A stretch of 29,679 nucleotides of DNA from an archaeon (GTDB lineage: Archaea; Asgardarchaeota; Thorarchaeia; Thorarchaeales; Thorarchaeaceae): contig JAJRWI010000039.1 in the NCBI GenBank assembly GCA_024276825.1, positions 1 through 29,679 on the forward strand. Direction: 5' to 3'. The position numbers were made by a program, and so were the translations under genes. This document shows positions 1-9,761 of this stretch, one piece after another. The notes beneath the pieces were generated by a model that was not told the DNA's origin, did no database searches, and was given only the letters and a program-made list of their open reading frames with translations. Numbering within the stretch: the stretch's first letter is position 1; each line of letters begins with the position of its first letter.

Positions 1-344
1 AGAATTGGCAGGTTTGGCAGGGGTTCGATGAGAACTTCTTTATCTTGATTCCAGTCATCAGGAGTGTTCAGAAGTGCTGCAAATGGCTTCAGTGTAATCT
101 CCTCCTCTTTTAGGAGTAAGACCTGGCTTCTGCAGGCCAGGCGCGGAACCTTGTTAATCAACAGGGAACAGCTCCCACACACTGCACCGCGACAGGAGTA
201 TCTAAATGAGAGGGAGGGATCAACTTCATCTTGAATCTTGAACAGAACATCAAGGACAGTCATTCCCTTTTTCACTTCAATATCATACACATCATAGTGA
301 GTGATTGCTCCATCTTCCCGACTTCTTGCGATTCTGAACTTCAT
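1..344 (-). CDS. sdhB: Succinate dehydrogenase/fumarate reductase iron-sulfur subunit (N-terminal part, runs off the window)
   Basis: Not in the ORF track. Manual translation from the ATG at 344 (TGATG overlap with the sdhA stop) gives MKFRIARSREDG...GMTVLDVLFKIQDEVDPSLSFRYSCRGAVCGSCSLLINKVPRLAC...IEPLPNLP, which has the [2Fe-2S] motif SCRxxxCGSC...C. Confidence 0.93.
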   Translation of the reverse strand, partial: MKFRIARSREDGAITHYDVYDIEVKKGMTVLDVLFKIQDEVDPSLSFRYSCRGAVCGSCSLLINKVPRLACRSQVLLLKEEEITLKPFAALLNTPDDWNQDKEVLIEPLPNLPI

Positions 345-2023
345 CAGTAGGTCCTCTCCTTTACCTCAAAAAGTCCGAGTGTCACATCCAAATAGCTGAT
401 CCGCATCCTTTCACCATCTAACGAGATTAGTGTATGTTTCAGAAAGTTCTTGTCATCACGGACAGGATAGTCTGTTCGCCAGTGCGCCCCTCTACTCTCT
501 TTTCGTTCCAGAGCACCGAGAGTAATTGCTTCAGCAAGGTACAGCATGTTCTCCAATTCTAATGTCCTAATCAAAGCATAATCGAATTTGGAGTCGGTAT
601 CGCCTATTGCAACATTCTTGAATCTCTCGCGTAGTTCACGTATCTTGTGGAGAGCGATCTCAAGTTCTCTAGCATTTCTGAAAACGCCCACAGAGCGATC
701 CATTGTTTCCCCCAGCTCCCGTCTGATATTCGCTGGACTCTCACCGACCTCTTGAAAAATCATCTCTTGAATTCTCGTACGGACTTTGAATACCTCTTCC
801 TCCACGTGCTTTTCAGAAGGAGATGATACTACTTTAACGTAGTTTAGAATTTCCTTACCAACGATTGCACCAAAGACCAAGGTCTCAAGCAATGAGTTGC
901 CTCCAAGTCGATTGGCACCATGTACACTCATGCAGGCACATTCTCCCACAGCATAGAGCCCTTTCACTGAAGTTCTGCCATAGCCATCACAATGAACTCC
1001 GCCCATTGAGTAATGCTGACCTGGAACAATAGGTATTGGCTCATCAATTGGGTCAACGCCAGCAAAATGGATTGCGATCTCTCTGATCCCAGGCAGACGT
1101 TCCATGATCTTTTCCTTGCCCAGATGTGTCAGGTCAAGATGCACATATGCATCCTCAATTCCCCTGCCCTCGAGAATCTCAGTCTGAATGCCACGAGCCA
1201 CAATGTCTCTCGGTGCAAGTTCCATCTTCTCGGGAGCATACTTGTTCATGAAGCGCTCGCCATTCTTATTTAACAAGAAACCACCCTCACCACGAGCACC
1301 TTCAGTGATAAGAATACTTGAACCATAGAGAGTAGTTGGATGAAACTGGACAAACTCCATGTCTTTCAAAGGCACGCCTATACGAAGGGCGAGAGAGCAC
1401 CCGTCCCCAGTGTTAATGAGAGCGTTTGTTGATTTACTGTAGACACGACCAAACCCACCCGTTGCTAGAACAACTGCCTTTGCCGCAAAGCCCTCAATCT
1501 GACCTGTCCGAATATCTAAGGCAGTGAAACCAACCACTCTGTCATTATCACAAACAAGTGATGTAACGAACCACTCATCATAGATCTTTATTCCCATTCT
1601 CAATGTTTGCTCAAAAGTTGTATGAAGCAGATTATGGCCCGTTCTGTCGGCAGCATAGCAAGTCCTTGGAAAAGCAGCACCACCAAACGGTCTCTGTGCA
1701 ATCTTCCCGTCTTCAGTTCTTGAAAATGCCGTGCCCCATCGCTCATTCTCATAGACAGCTGCGTGTGCGTTCTTTGTGAGCATTTCAACTACGTCTTGAT
1801 CCGCCAGATAATCCGATCCCTTTATCGTATCAAAGGCGTGTTGCTCCCATGAGTCATTCTCGCCAATGGCTGCGTTTATCCCGCCTTGCGCAGCAACCGA
1901 GTGTGAGCGTAGCGGATGCACCTTTGTTAGAATAGCAACATCAAATTCCAGTGCAATTTCCAGAGCAGTCCTAAGTCCTGCAAGACCCGCACCAATAATC
2001 AATACATCATGCTTGTAAAGCAT
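344..2023 (-). CDS. sdhA: Succinate dehydrogenase/fumarate reductase flavoprotein subunit
   Basis: GAGLAG FAD motif, SHSVAAQGG (covalent-FAD His), QFHPT, TEGARGEGG, HYSMGG, HGANRLGGNSL and ESRGAH. Directly upstream of sdhB. Confidence 0.95.
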   Translation of the reverse strand: MLYKHDVLIIGAGLAGLRTALEIALEFDVAILTKVHPLRSHSVAAQGGINAAIGENDSWEQHAFDTIKGSDYLADQDVVEMLTKNAHAAVYENERWGTAFSRTEDGKIAQRPFGGAAFPRTCYAADRTGHNLLHTTFEQTLRMGIKIYDEWFVTSLVCDNDRVVGFTALDIRTGQIEGFAAKAVVLATGGFGRVYSKSTNALINTGDGCSLALRIGVPLKDMEFVQFHPTTLYGSSILITEGARGEGGFLLNKNGERFMNKYAPEKMELAPRDIVARGIQTEILEGRGIEDAYVHLDLTHLGKEKIMERLPGIREIAIHFAGVDPIDEPIPIVPGQHYSMGGVHCDGYGRTSVKGLYAVGECACMSVHGANRLGGNSLLETLVFGAIVGKEILNYVKVVSSPSEKHVEEEVFKVRTRIQEMIFQEVGESPANIRRELGETMDRSVGVFRNARELEIALHKIRELRERFKNVAIGDTDSKFDYALIRTLELENMLYLAEAITLGALERKESRGAHWRTDYPVRDDKNFLKHTLISLDGERMRISYLDVTLGLFEVKERTY

Positions 2024-2098
2024 TAATACAGTCTCCCAATTCGACTCGCATCACTCCTCTATAATCACGAACCATGACTTATGACATTTGTTCTATAA

Positions 2099-3487
2099 CT
2101 ATACCATTCTTTTTGGATCTAAAATGTCATTGAGGTCACCATCAATCTTCAACTTCATCTCAGTGATTACCTCACGAATTGTCCTTCCTGTGCGAAGTGC
2201 GGTCATGGCAATCTCGGAGGCCTTGTCATATCCAATGTAAGGCACAAGTCGGGTGACCAGCATAAGGCTGCTCTCAAGATGCTGATTAATCTGTTCGAGA
2301 TTTGGAGTAATGTCAGCAAGACAATGTGTCACAAAAGATGTGATCCCATTAGTCAAGAGTCTAATAGCATCAAGCAGGTTCACAATCATCACTGGCTTTG
2401 CAACATTTAGATCAAGCACACTGCCATGGGTTTCCGCTGCGACAATTGATGCATCATGACCCAAGACCTGAATGCAGACCTGTATTAGCATTTCAGACTG
2501 AGTTGGGTTGATCTTTCCTGGCATTATACTACTCCCAGGCTCATTGACAGGGAGGTTCAACTCCCCAAGACCTGCTCTAGGTCCGCTTGCCATCCATCGA
2601 ATGTCATTTGCCATCTTTATTAGGGCCAACGCAAGAAGTCGGAGGTATGAGCTGGTTCTCACAATGACACTGTGCGAGGCAATTCCCTCAGCCTTGACTG
2701 GATTCACTCTAAGGGGAAAGCCAGTCATCTTTGATAATTTTTCTACCACATTCTCACCAAAATCAGGAGGTGCATTAATTCCAGTTCCAAGTGCAGTACC
2801 ACCAATTGGCAGAACTGCAAGATCTTCGCGAACACTCTGGAGTTGCGAGTACACATTCACAAACTGCTGTTTGTAAACAGAGAACTCCATTGAGAGAGGT
2901 ATTGGAACTGCATCCTGAAGGTGAGTGCGACCAACTTTGATAATGTCCTTAAACTCGCTAATCTTTTTGTAGAGGGTTTCTATTATGAGATCAATGGCAG
3001 GCAATAGATCCTCTGACAAGGTTTCAAGAGCTGCAAGATGCATCGCAGTGGGAATCACATCATTTGATGATTGTCCCTTATTCACATGGTCATTAGGATG
3101 AACTGGATACTTTTTGCCCATTTCATGCCCCAGTATCTCATTCGCCCTATTGGCTATCACTTCATTCATATTCATGTTAATCTGTGTTCCAGAACCAGTC
3201 TGAAATACATCCACAGGAAATTGATCTAGAAACTTGTCATCTTCCAGTATTTCTTGAAGAGCCTGATGCATAGCCCCACCGATCTCAGGCCCGATGTCAC
3301 CATTATCCATGTTCACCTGCAAACAAGCGAGCTTTACCTGAGCGAGGGACTTGATGAATAAAACTGGGAATGTGCGTCCACTGATCTTGAAGTTCTTCAA
3401 TGTACGTTGGGTATTGACACCCCAGTAAACGTTTACTGGGACTTCCACTTCCCCAAGTGCATCTTTTTCGGTCCTAGTTCTCTTCAA
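2099..3487 (-). CDS. fumC: Class II fumarate hydratase
   Basis: QTGSGT..NMN.NEVIAN, HPNDHVN..QSSND, GRTHLQDA (His as in fumarase; aspartase has Gln) and the GSSIMPGKINP signature. TTG start. Confidence 0.92.
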   Translation of the reverse strand: MKRTRTEKDALGEVEVPVNVYWGVNTQRTLKNFKISGRTFPVLFIKSLAQVKLACLQVNMDNGDIGPEIGGAMHQALQEILEDDKFLDQFPVDVFQTGSGTQINMNMNEVIANRANEILGHEMGKKYPVHPNDHVNKGQSSNDVIPTAMHLAALETLSEDLLPAIDLIIETLYKKISEFKDIIKVGRTHLQDAVPIPLSMEFSVYKQQFVNVYSQLQSVREDLAVLPIGGTALGTGINAPPDFGENVVEKLSKMTGFPLRVNPVKAEGIASHSVIVRTSSYLRLLALALIKMANDIRWMASGPRAGLGELNLPVNEPGSSIMPGKINPTQSEMLIQVCIQVLGHDASIVAAETHGSVLDLNVAKPVMIVNLLDAIRLLTNGITSFVTHCLADITPNLEQINQHLESSLMLVTRLVPYIGYDKASEIAMTALRTGRTIREVITEMKLKIDGDLNDILDPKRMV

Positions 3488-3510
3488 CAGATATTACCCT
3501 CAGTAAACGT

Positions 3511-4377
3511 TTACTCTAGGACAAACCGGTCAATTATATCTTGCAGTCGTGAGAGGCTTGTCTGATGGTCCTTCAACTTGCCATCGATGGGTATTGAAAG
3601 GCCTGATGCAAGATCGGGCTTCTCTGCCTGAAAGAAAACGCCAAGGGGAATCCTTTCATTGGACTCCATGACTTTCTCAATCGCCGCAATCTTGTCCGAT
3701 GGTTCATATTCATCTTCGATCAGATAGACTTTATCGTTGTAATAGTCCCAAGTGAGTTGGCGGTTCCATGTCACACAGGGCTGTAGAATGTCAACAATAG
3801 CAAAGCCTTTGTGCTGGATTGCCTTTGACATTATTTCAACAAGATGCTTTGTCTTTCCAGAAAATGCCCTGGCCACAAAGGTTGCACCGCTGGCTATTGC
3901 CATTGCCAAGTAGCTCACCGGCTCCATTGGAACTCCAGGTGGTGGAGGAGAGGTCACAGAAATATAACCGCGTGGTGACAGTGGTGAATATTGTCCCTTT
4001 GTTAGTCCCATGACACCGTTATTATGGACAAACACTGCTATGTTGACATTTCGTCTTGCTGCATGTAGCATGTGTCCAAGACCCTCACCAAGCATATCAC
4101 CGTCACCCGCATGCACTATGACTTTCAAGTCCTGATTGACCAGGTGTGCGCCTGTGGCAACTGGAATAGCTCTGCCATGAAGAGTATGGATGCTATTCAC
4201 ATTGATGTAGTGCGGAAGCTTGCCCGAACAACCAATTCCTGAAACCAGTAAAATTTCATGATGGGGAATCTCAAGACTCACAAGTGCCTTTTTCAATGAT
4301 GAAAGAATTCCAAAATTCCCGCATCCAGAACACCATGTCACTTTTTGCGGCGCGGTCAGGTCTTTCAATGTGATCAT
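3511..4377 (-). CDS. korB: 2-oxoacid:ferredoxin oxidoreductase beta subunit (TPP-binding)
   Basis: WCSGCG, SGIGCS, HTLHGRA, GDGD...NNGVMGLTKGQ.SP and QPCVTWN. 4-nt overlap with korA. Substrate specificity is inferred from the TCA context. Confidence 0.88.
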   Translation of the reverse strand: MITLKDLTAPQKVTWCSGCGNFGILSSLKKALVSLEIPHHEILLVSGIGCSGKLPHYINVNSIHTLHGRAIPVATGAHLVNQDLKVIVHAGDGDMLGEGLGHMLHAARRNVNIAVFVHNNGVMGLTKGQYSPLSPRGYISVTSPPPPGVPMEPVSYLAMAIASGATFVARAFSGKTKHLVEIMSKAIQHKGFAIVDILQPCVTWNRQLTWDYYNDKVYLIEDEYEPSDKIAAIEKVMESNERIPLGVFFQAEKPDLASGLSIPIDGKLKDHQTSLSRLQDIIDRFVLE

Positions 4378-6113
4378 TGGACACCCACCTCCTTAAGACG
4401 AGTAATGACCCAGCCTGCAGTCATAGGCCTCCCATCGTATTTGTTTATCATTTTATCAACATTCAGACCGGTTTCCATACGAACGAGCCTTGCAAACTGA
4501 GAGGTTGCATTCTGTTCGATTGATATCACACGCTTTGCCTGAGCGAATATGGCCATCAGTCTTTCAGTCTTGAGAGGAAAGACATCACTAAAATGCAGTT
4601 GATTGATTGAAACCCCATCAGCAGCTAAAATATTGACAGCTTCAAAGACAGGGCCCCATACAGTCCCCCAAGTCAGAAGAGTAGTTTCGGCATCGGGAGG
4701 ACCTTCAAGAGTTGGTGGGTTCAGAGCATCAAGAATCTGAGGAGTCTTCTTCATAAACTTCTCAACCATTTCGTTTCTCACATTTGGATCTTCGCTAATA
4801 TGACCGTCTTCGCGGTGAGTATTGCCCGCAGCTACAACTATCTTGCCAACATCACCAGGAAACGCCCTTGGTGAGATGCCATCTTCAGTCAGCTGAAACC
4901 TCTTGTATTCCCGATCAGATCCTCTTGGCGCAAGCTTTCCCCGATCAATCTTAATGCCAGTCACATCGATTCTTGGAATGTTCATGACAGAGTCAGCAAA
5001 GTACTGATCACCAAGAATCATTACAGGGACCTGGAATTTTTCGGCCAAATCAAATGCGCGCACAGTGATATTGAAACCCTCTAGTGGGTCCTTGGGTGCT
5101 AGTAGTATTCTAGGAAATTCGCCCTGACTTGCATGGGCCATAAAGAGAAGGTCTGACTGCTCGGTGCGAGTGGGAAGTCCTGTTGCAGGACCTGGTCGTT
5201 GAGCATTATATATTACAACTGGGGTTTCAGTCATTGCAGCAAGGCCCAGACCTTCGACCATCAGTGAGAATCCACCGCCAGAAGTGGTGACCATACTCCG
5301 AGCACCTGCAAATGATGCACCTATTGCCATTGTGAGTGAGGCTAACTCATCTTCGGTCTGAAAGGCACCGATTCTAAGAGTATGAGCAACTGAAACAATG
5401 TCTTGGAATGCACTTGTAGATGGGCTCATCGGATACGAGGATATCCATTTGACATTAGCAGCAAGTGCCCCAAATGCAATGGCACGGTTGCCACTAAGGA
5501 CCAGCTTGTCTTCTGATGGCCCACCACGTAGAGTGCTCAGGTCATGACTGCATTCACCCTGAAAATGATCTCGTGCAATATCGTAGATCGCACGTGCAAC
5601 CTTGATATTGGGCTGAATCACCTTCTCGCCCTTTTTCTGAAATATTGCTTCCAATGCTTCAGAGGCCATCTCAAAGGGATACTTCAGGACAGAGAGCACA
5701 GCCCCCAATGCTGCAGAGTTCGTCATTCGAGTGTCCCCGCCAACTTCCTTGGCAGTCTTCTCCAAAGGCAGCGGCAGATGACATTGCTCCAACTCGGTGA
5801 AGTCTATTGAGTCATCAAATATTATGACACCATTCTCAACCAGCTGGTCCCTCTTGCCTACTATAGCTGCTCTTGTGAGAGCAACAATCACATCAATCTC
5901 ATCATTTGAAGCATAGACAGGAATGTCTGAAACTCGTATTTGGGTGAAGTTATAGCCCCCCCTGATTCGAGACTCAAAGTCCTTTATGGTGAATGTATAA
6001 AACCCAGCCTTGACAAAAATCTGAGTGAGTAAGTCGCCAATTTTATCAATACCTTGACCAGCTGCGCCGCCAACATTGAAAGTGATGTCCATTGTCAATA
6101 TCTCTCCATTCAT
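4374..6113 (-). CDS. korA: 2-oxoacid:ferredoxin oxidoreductase alpha subunit (fused gamma-alpha)
   Basis: N-terminal gamma domain (GGAAGQGI, ESRIRGG), then YPMSPST, QTEDE, TTSGGGFSLM.E and QRPGPATGLPT.TEQSD. Alternative start ATG at 6092. Confidence 0.88.
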   Translation of the reverse strand: MNGEILTMDITFNVGGAAGQGIDKIGDLLTQIFVKAGFYTFTIKDFESRIRGGYNFTQIRVSDIPVYASNDEIDVIVALTRAAIVGKRDQLVENGVIIFDDSIDFTELEQCHLPLPLEKTAKEVGGDTRMTNSAALGAVLSVLKYPFEMASEALEAIFQKKGEKVIQPNIKVARAIYDIARDHFQGECSHDLSTLRGGPSEDKLVLSGNRAIAFGALAANVKWISSYPMSPSTSAFQDIVSVAHTLRIGAFQTEDELASLTMAIGASFAGARSMVTTSGGGFSLMVEGLGLAAMTETPVVIYNAQRPGPATGLPTRTEQSDLLFMAHASQGEFPRILLAPKDPLEGFNITVRAFDLAEKFQVPVMILGDQYFADSVMNIPRIDVTGIKIDRGKLAPRGSDREYKRFQLTEDGISPRAFPGDVGKIVVAAGNTHREDGHISEDPNVRNEMVEKFMKKTPQILDALNPPTLEGPPDAETTLLTWGTVWGPVFEAVNILAADGVSINQLHFSDVFPLKTERLMAIFAQAKRVISIEQNATSQFARLVRMETGLNVDKMINKYDGRPMTAGWVITRLKEVGVQ

Positions 6114-6132
6114 TATAGTTAAGTGTTGATGC

Positions 6133-6149
6133 GCTTATTAACTCCTTCG
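6133..6149 (-). promoter_or_regulatory. Putative BRE/TATA promoter of the kor-fum-sdh operon
   Basis: The minus strand reads CGAAGGAG-TTAATAA-GC, with the TATA-like box ending about 22 nt before ATG 6113. This fits a leaderless or short-leader archaeal transcript. Confidence 0.45.
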
Positions 6150-6169
6150 ATTGCTGAGTCAATCTGGGA

Positions 6170-7795
6170 TCATTCAAGCAATCCCGGATCGTGAGTGAAA
6201 CCTTTACGTTCCAAGAATTTCAGTCTCTTCTTGATTGGATGGCCCATGTAAGGAGTTGCAAACCCAGCATCGAGCAATTTATACAGCATATTTACATGTT
6301 GAGGAAATCTTCTTGCCAACTCCAGATCAAGACTAAATGACTTGAGTCTAAATAGAACATATCCAACTGTAGCCACTAGAAATATCCATGCAAAATAGCA
6401 GCCAAAAGCCGCTAGGATATCACCGCCAGAGAAAATATTTTGGAACATATAGATGATGTAAAACGGAAGTGCGCCGAACATCAGAATTGCAGGATATTTT
6501 TGGTATTTCGAAGTCAGCTTGGAGTATTTGATCTCATATACAATATAGGGGGTCAACATGTCGGGAGTCTTTAGCAATTCCATAATTGATGATGGAACTG
6601 AGAAGACAACATTTGAAGGAACGAGAATTCGAGAGTTGAAAATTGCAAGATAATCATGACCATGGCTAGTTTCTATCAATCTGACATAGTAACCATCGAG
6701 CCTTGCTACGTGATGCATCATATCCTCAATAACAGATGACAAGGACCCATGATAGGTCCGTTCATCAGTTTCTTCATCATTGTCCTTTCGGGGTCGCCAG
6801 ATATCTCGCATACTGTAGAAAATGATGGTGAAAAGAAAGGCAATACCTCCAAATAATAGAGCAAACATTAATGACATCACTGTCCTAATCGGCGATCCAA
6901 AAACCCCAATCACTAGCATGAATAGTATCACTGACACCAATGTTATGATTGAAATCACGGCTGCATTTCTAAATCGGTTCGTCTTCTCCTGGGATAGTTC
7001 ATCCTTTATTTTGGGTTTGGCTATCTCGAAGTATTCTGTCAGCTTCTCCTCACTGACTGTATCCTTACCAAAGACACGCATAAAAGCAACAACTGGGGGG
7101 ATATTGTAGAGTGATTCTACTGCCTCAAATTCTTCATCCTTATAGCTTCTGGACAATATGAACACGCCAAAAATCACAATTGCTGCTGCAAGTCCTCCAA
7201 TCATTAATGCCATGAAAACGGTTGCATTTGAAATGGGAGAGATTACATCAGTTATGTCAATGAACATGAATGCAGCCCAGATAACGCCAATCATGAAGTA
7301 AACTCCAGATTCCATGAACTGCTTGAAAGGAGTGTTTTTTCTAATTTTAGCAAGTTTGTAAGCAACGATGATTTCACTGCTTTCAGGATTGACCATCATG
7401 TCTTGGACTGCAATATTTGATAGTAATAACGAAGTAAATAATGGGGTCTTTGCCGCCATACATATCAATTTGTCAGACTTTCTAAGCCAGATCTGCACTT
7501 CATCTCTAAACCCAATTTTCGCCCTGGCGCGCTCCACAATCTCAGCAATTTCGGGGTCATCCAAGGGATTACCATATCTGATCTTGAGAATGGACAACCA
7601 GACAATGTAGAGAAGCATCCCTGCTGCAAGACTTGTAGTCGTCCAGATTAAAAAGAATGGTCGTATGTCCATAAGGAAGACCCATATTTGAGTCCAAATC
7701 ATTCCAATTATCCAGTTTCCACCGGAAGAGTTCATCTTGAAAAGAGGTGCTGATTCTTCAGCTCCTAAGTAGTATCCCCTCATCAGTGGTGACAT
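6170..7795 (-). CDS. Polytopic membrane protein, two degenerate M48 (HtpX/Ste24-like) peptidase-like repeats, probably inactive
   Basis: Multiple hydrophobic helices and two repeats of the M48-like layout ending in EIIVAYKLAKIR and TPYIVYEIKYSK, where HExxH is expected. C-terminal GHPIKKRL resembles the M48 THP...R motif. The start is uncertain. Confidence 0.5.
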   Translation of the reverse strand: MSPLMRGYYLGAEESAPLFKMNSSGGNWIIGMIWTQIWVFLMDIRPFFLIWTTTSLAAGMLLYIVWLSILKIRYGNPLDDPEIAEIVERARAKIGFRDEVQIWLRKSDKLICMAAKTPLFTSLLLSNIAVQDMMVNPESSEIIVAYKLAKIRKNTPFKQFMESGVYFMIGVIWAAFMFIDITDVISPISNATVFMALMIGGLAAAIVIFGVFILSRSYKDEEFEAVESLYNIPPVVAFMRVFGKDTVSEEKLTEYFEIAKPKIKDELSQEKTNRFRNAAVISIITLVSVILFMLVIGVFGSPIRTVMSLMFALLFGGIAFLFTIIFYSMRDIWRPRKDNDEETDERTYHGSLSSVIEDMMHHVARLDGYYVRLIETSHGHDYLAIFNSRILVPSNVVFSVPSSIMELLKTPDMLTPYIVYEIKYSKLTSKYQKYPAILMFGALPFYIIYMFQNIFSGGDILAAFGCYFAWIFLVATVGYVLFRLKSFSLDLELARRFPQHVNMLYKLLDAGFATPYMGHPIKKRLKFLERKGFTHDPGLLE

Positions 7796-7913
7796 AAAAG
7801 GGCCTCAAAACTAGTTCGCGCTGCAGCGAATAAAAATATTGAGTTGAAAGTTACATACGAGACTGGTTTCGATGAAACAGGCAGAAAATACTACCTTTCG
7901 ACAATTTTTTAAG

Positions 7914-7967
7914 TGAAGTGCATGCACAGTTTTCTTGGAGTACATGCTGAAGTGCATGTACAGTTTT
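7914..7967. repeat. 20-bp direct repeat pair with palindromic cores upstream of the thermosome (candidate operator array)
   Basis: TGAAGTGCATGCACAGTTTT (7914-7933) and TGAAGTGCATGTACAGTTTT (7948-7967) are 19/20 identical. There is also an inverted repeat GTACATGC-N6-GCATGTAC (7940-7961). Confidence 0.8.
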
Positions 7968-8036
7968 ATCGTAATGATAAGATAGAGTCCACAGTGAATT
8001 CGTGGGCCAAATAAAAATGAAAAAGGGGAATAAAAA

Positions 8037-9704
8037 ATGGCACAACTATCAGGTACACCCGTGCTGATCCTGAAGGAAGGTACCTCAAGAACACGAGGCA
8101 GAACAGCTCAGGAAAACAATATCATGGCAGGTATTGTTATTGCTGACGCTGTGAAATCCACTCTTGGTCCTCGTGGAATGGACAAGATGCTGGTTGATAG
8201 CTTGGGTGATGTCACTATCACAAACGATGGTGCATCAATTCTCAAAGAGATTGATGTTCAGCACCCAGCTGCAAAGATGCTTGTTGAGGTCGCTAAGAGT
8301 CAGGACCAAGAAACTGGTGATGGAACCACAAGTTCAGTCATCATTGCAGGAGAACTACTGAAGAAGGCAAGAGACCTTCTCGAGAAAAAGATTCATCCAA
8401 CCATCATTGTTGGAGGTTATCAGAAAGCTGCGGAGAAAGCTACTGAGATTCTTGATGAGATTGCAATCAAGATGGAGGGTCTTGACAAAAAGCTACTCAA
8501 TAAAATTGCATGCACATCAATGAACAGCAAATCAGTCATTGGAGCAAAGAATCACTTTGCGGACATTGCTGTAGATGCAATCCTTCAGATTATTGAGGAT
8601 GTTGAGGGAAAGCGAAAGGCTGACATTGACATGATTGAGATAATCAAAAAGCAGGGCAAGAGCCTCACTGAAACCGAACTGATCAAAGGCATGGTCGTTG
8701 ACAAAGAGGTTGTTCATGCGGCTATGCCGAGGAGAGTCGAGAGTCCAAAGATTGCTCTTGTCAATGCTGCCATTGAGGTCGAAAAGACCGAGTTCGATGC
8801 AGAGATCAAGATTGACAGCCCAGAGCAGATCAAAGCATTCCTCGATGAAGAAGAGCGCATGCTAAAGGCTATGGTTGATAAGATCATCAACACCGGTGCC
8901 AACGTTCTGATTTGCCAGAAAGGCATTGATGATGTTGCTCAGCACTACTTAGCTAAAGCAGGTATTCTGGCTGTTAGAAGAGCCAAGAAGAGTACATTGG
9001 AGAAACTTGCCAAAGCAACAGGCGGAAAGATTGCTTCAAGCCTTGATGAACTCGACGAGAGCTACCTCGGTGAGGCAGGCCTTGTTGAAGAGATCAAGCT
9101 CGGCGATGACAAGCTCGTTTACATCCGCGAGTGCAAGGATCCAAAGGCCGTTTCAATTGTCATACGCGGCGGAACCGAGCACGTAGTTGATGAGGCAGAC
9201 AGAGCACTGCACGATGCCCTCTGCGTTGTGAGAAATGTCATTGAAGATAGCACCTATGTTGCTGGTGGAGGAGCTGTTGAAGCAGAGATCGCCAAACGAC
9301 TTGAAACCTATGCAAACAAGGTTGGCGGTCGCGAGCAGCTCGCTATTGAGGCATTCGCAGAGGCCCTACGTGTGATACCGAAGACACTGGCAGAAAACGG
9401 TGGCCATGATCCCATTGATATCATGACAGAGCTCAATAAGGAGCACGCCAAGGAAGAGGGTATCTGGTATGGTGTTGATGTCATGAAGGGCAAAGTCACC
9501 GACATGTTGAAGGGCGGTATCATTGAGCCAGCTCGTGTCAAGCTACAAGCAATCCGTTCCGCATCAGAGGCTGCACAGATGATCCTCAGAATTGATGATG
9601 TGATTGCAGCTAAAGCATCCCCACCAAGCCAATCCGGCGGTGAAGGTGGCATGGGTGGTATGGGTGGCATGGGCGGAATGGGCGGCATGCCTGGCATGAT
9701 GTAA
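8037..9704 (+). CDS. ths: Thermosome subunit (group II chaperonin)
   Basis: [54 protein letters not shown] and a C-terminal GGM repeat tail. Confidence 0.97.
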   Translation: MAQLSGTPVLILKEGTSRTRGRTAQENNIMAGIVIADAVKSTLGPRGMDKMLVDSLGDVTITNDGASILKEIDVQHPAAKMLVEVAKSQDQETGDGTTSSVIIAGELLKKARDLLEKKIHPTIIVGGYQKAAEKATEILDEIAIKMEGLDKKLLNKIACTSMNSKSVIGAKNHFADIAVDAILQIIEDVEGKRKADIDMIEIIKKQGKSLTETELIKGMVVDKEVVHAAMPRRVESPKIALVNAAIEVEKTEFDAEIKIDSPEQIKAFLDEEERMLKAMVDKIINTGANVLICQKGIDDVAQHYLAKAGILAVRRAKKSTLEKLAKATGGKIASSLDELDESYLGEAGLVEEIKLGDDKLVYIRECKDPKAVSIVIRGGTEHVVDEADRALHDALCVVRNVIEDSTYVAGGGAVEAEIAKRLETYANKVGGREQLAIEAFAEALRVIPKTLAENGGHDPIDIMTELNKEHAKEEGIWYGVDVMKGKVTDMLKGGIIEPARVKLQAIRSASEAAQMILRIDDVIAAKASPPSQSGGEGGMGGMGGMGGMGGMPGMM

Positions 9705-9716
9705 TAGAACAACAAT

Positions 9717-9749
9717 AAGGAGCCTTTGAGCTCCTTTTCAATTTCTTTT
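9717..9749 (+). terminator. Putative terminator after the thermosome (hairpin plus T-rich tract)
   Basis: AAGGAGC-CTTTGA-GCTCCTT is a perfect 7-bp stem 12 nt after the stop, followed by TTCAATTTCTTTT. Confidence 0.6.
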
Positions 9750-9761
9750 GTGGTGTGTAAA

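Noticed and set aside
2099-3487. Aspartate ammonia-lyase as an alternative call
   Set aside because: GRTHLQDA has the fumarase His, and the gene sits in a TCA operon.
7914-7967. Possible mini-CRISPR
   Set aside because: Only two 20-bp copies with a 14-nt spacer, and no cas genes or leader. Treated as a regulatory repeat.
9645-9701. Tandem 9-nt GGYGGYATG-like repeats
   Set aside because: They encode the well-known GGM tail of chaperonins and are not an independent repeat element.
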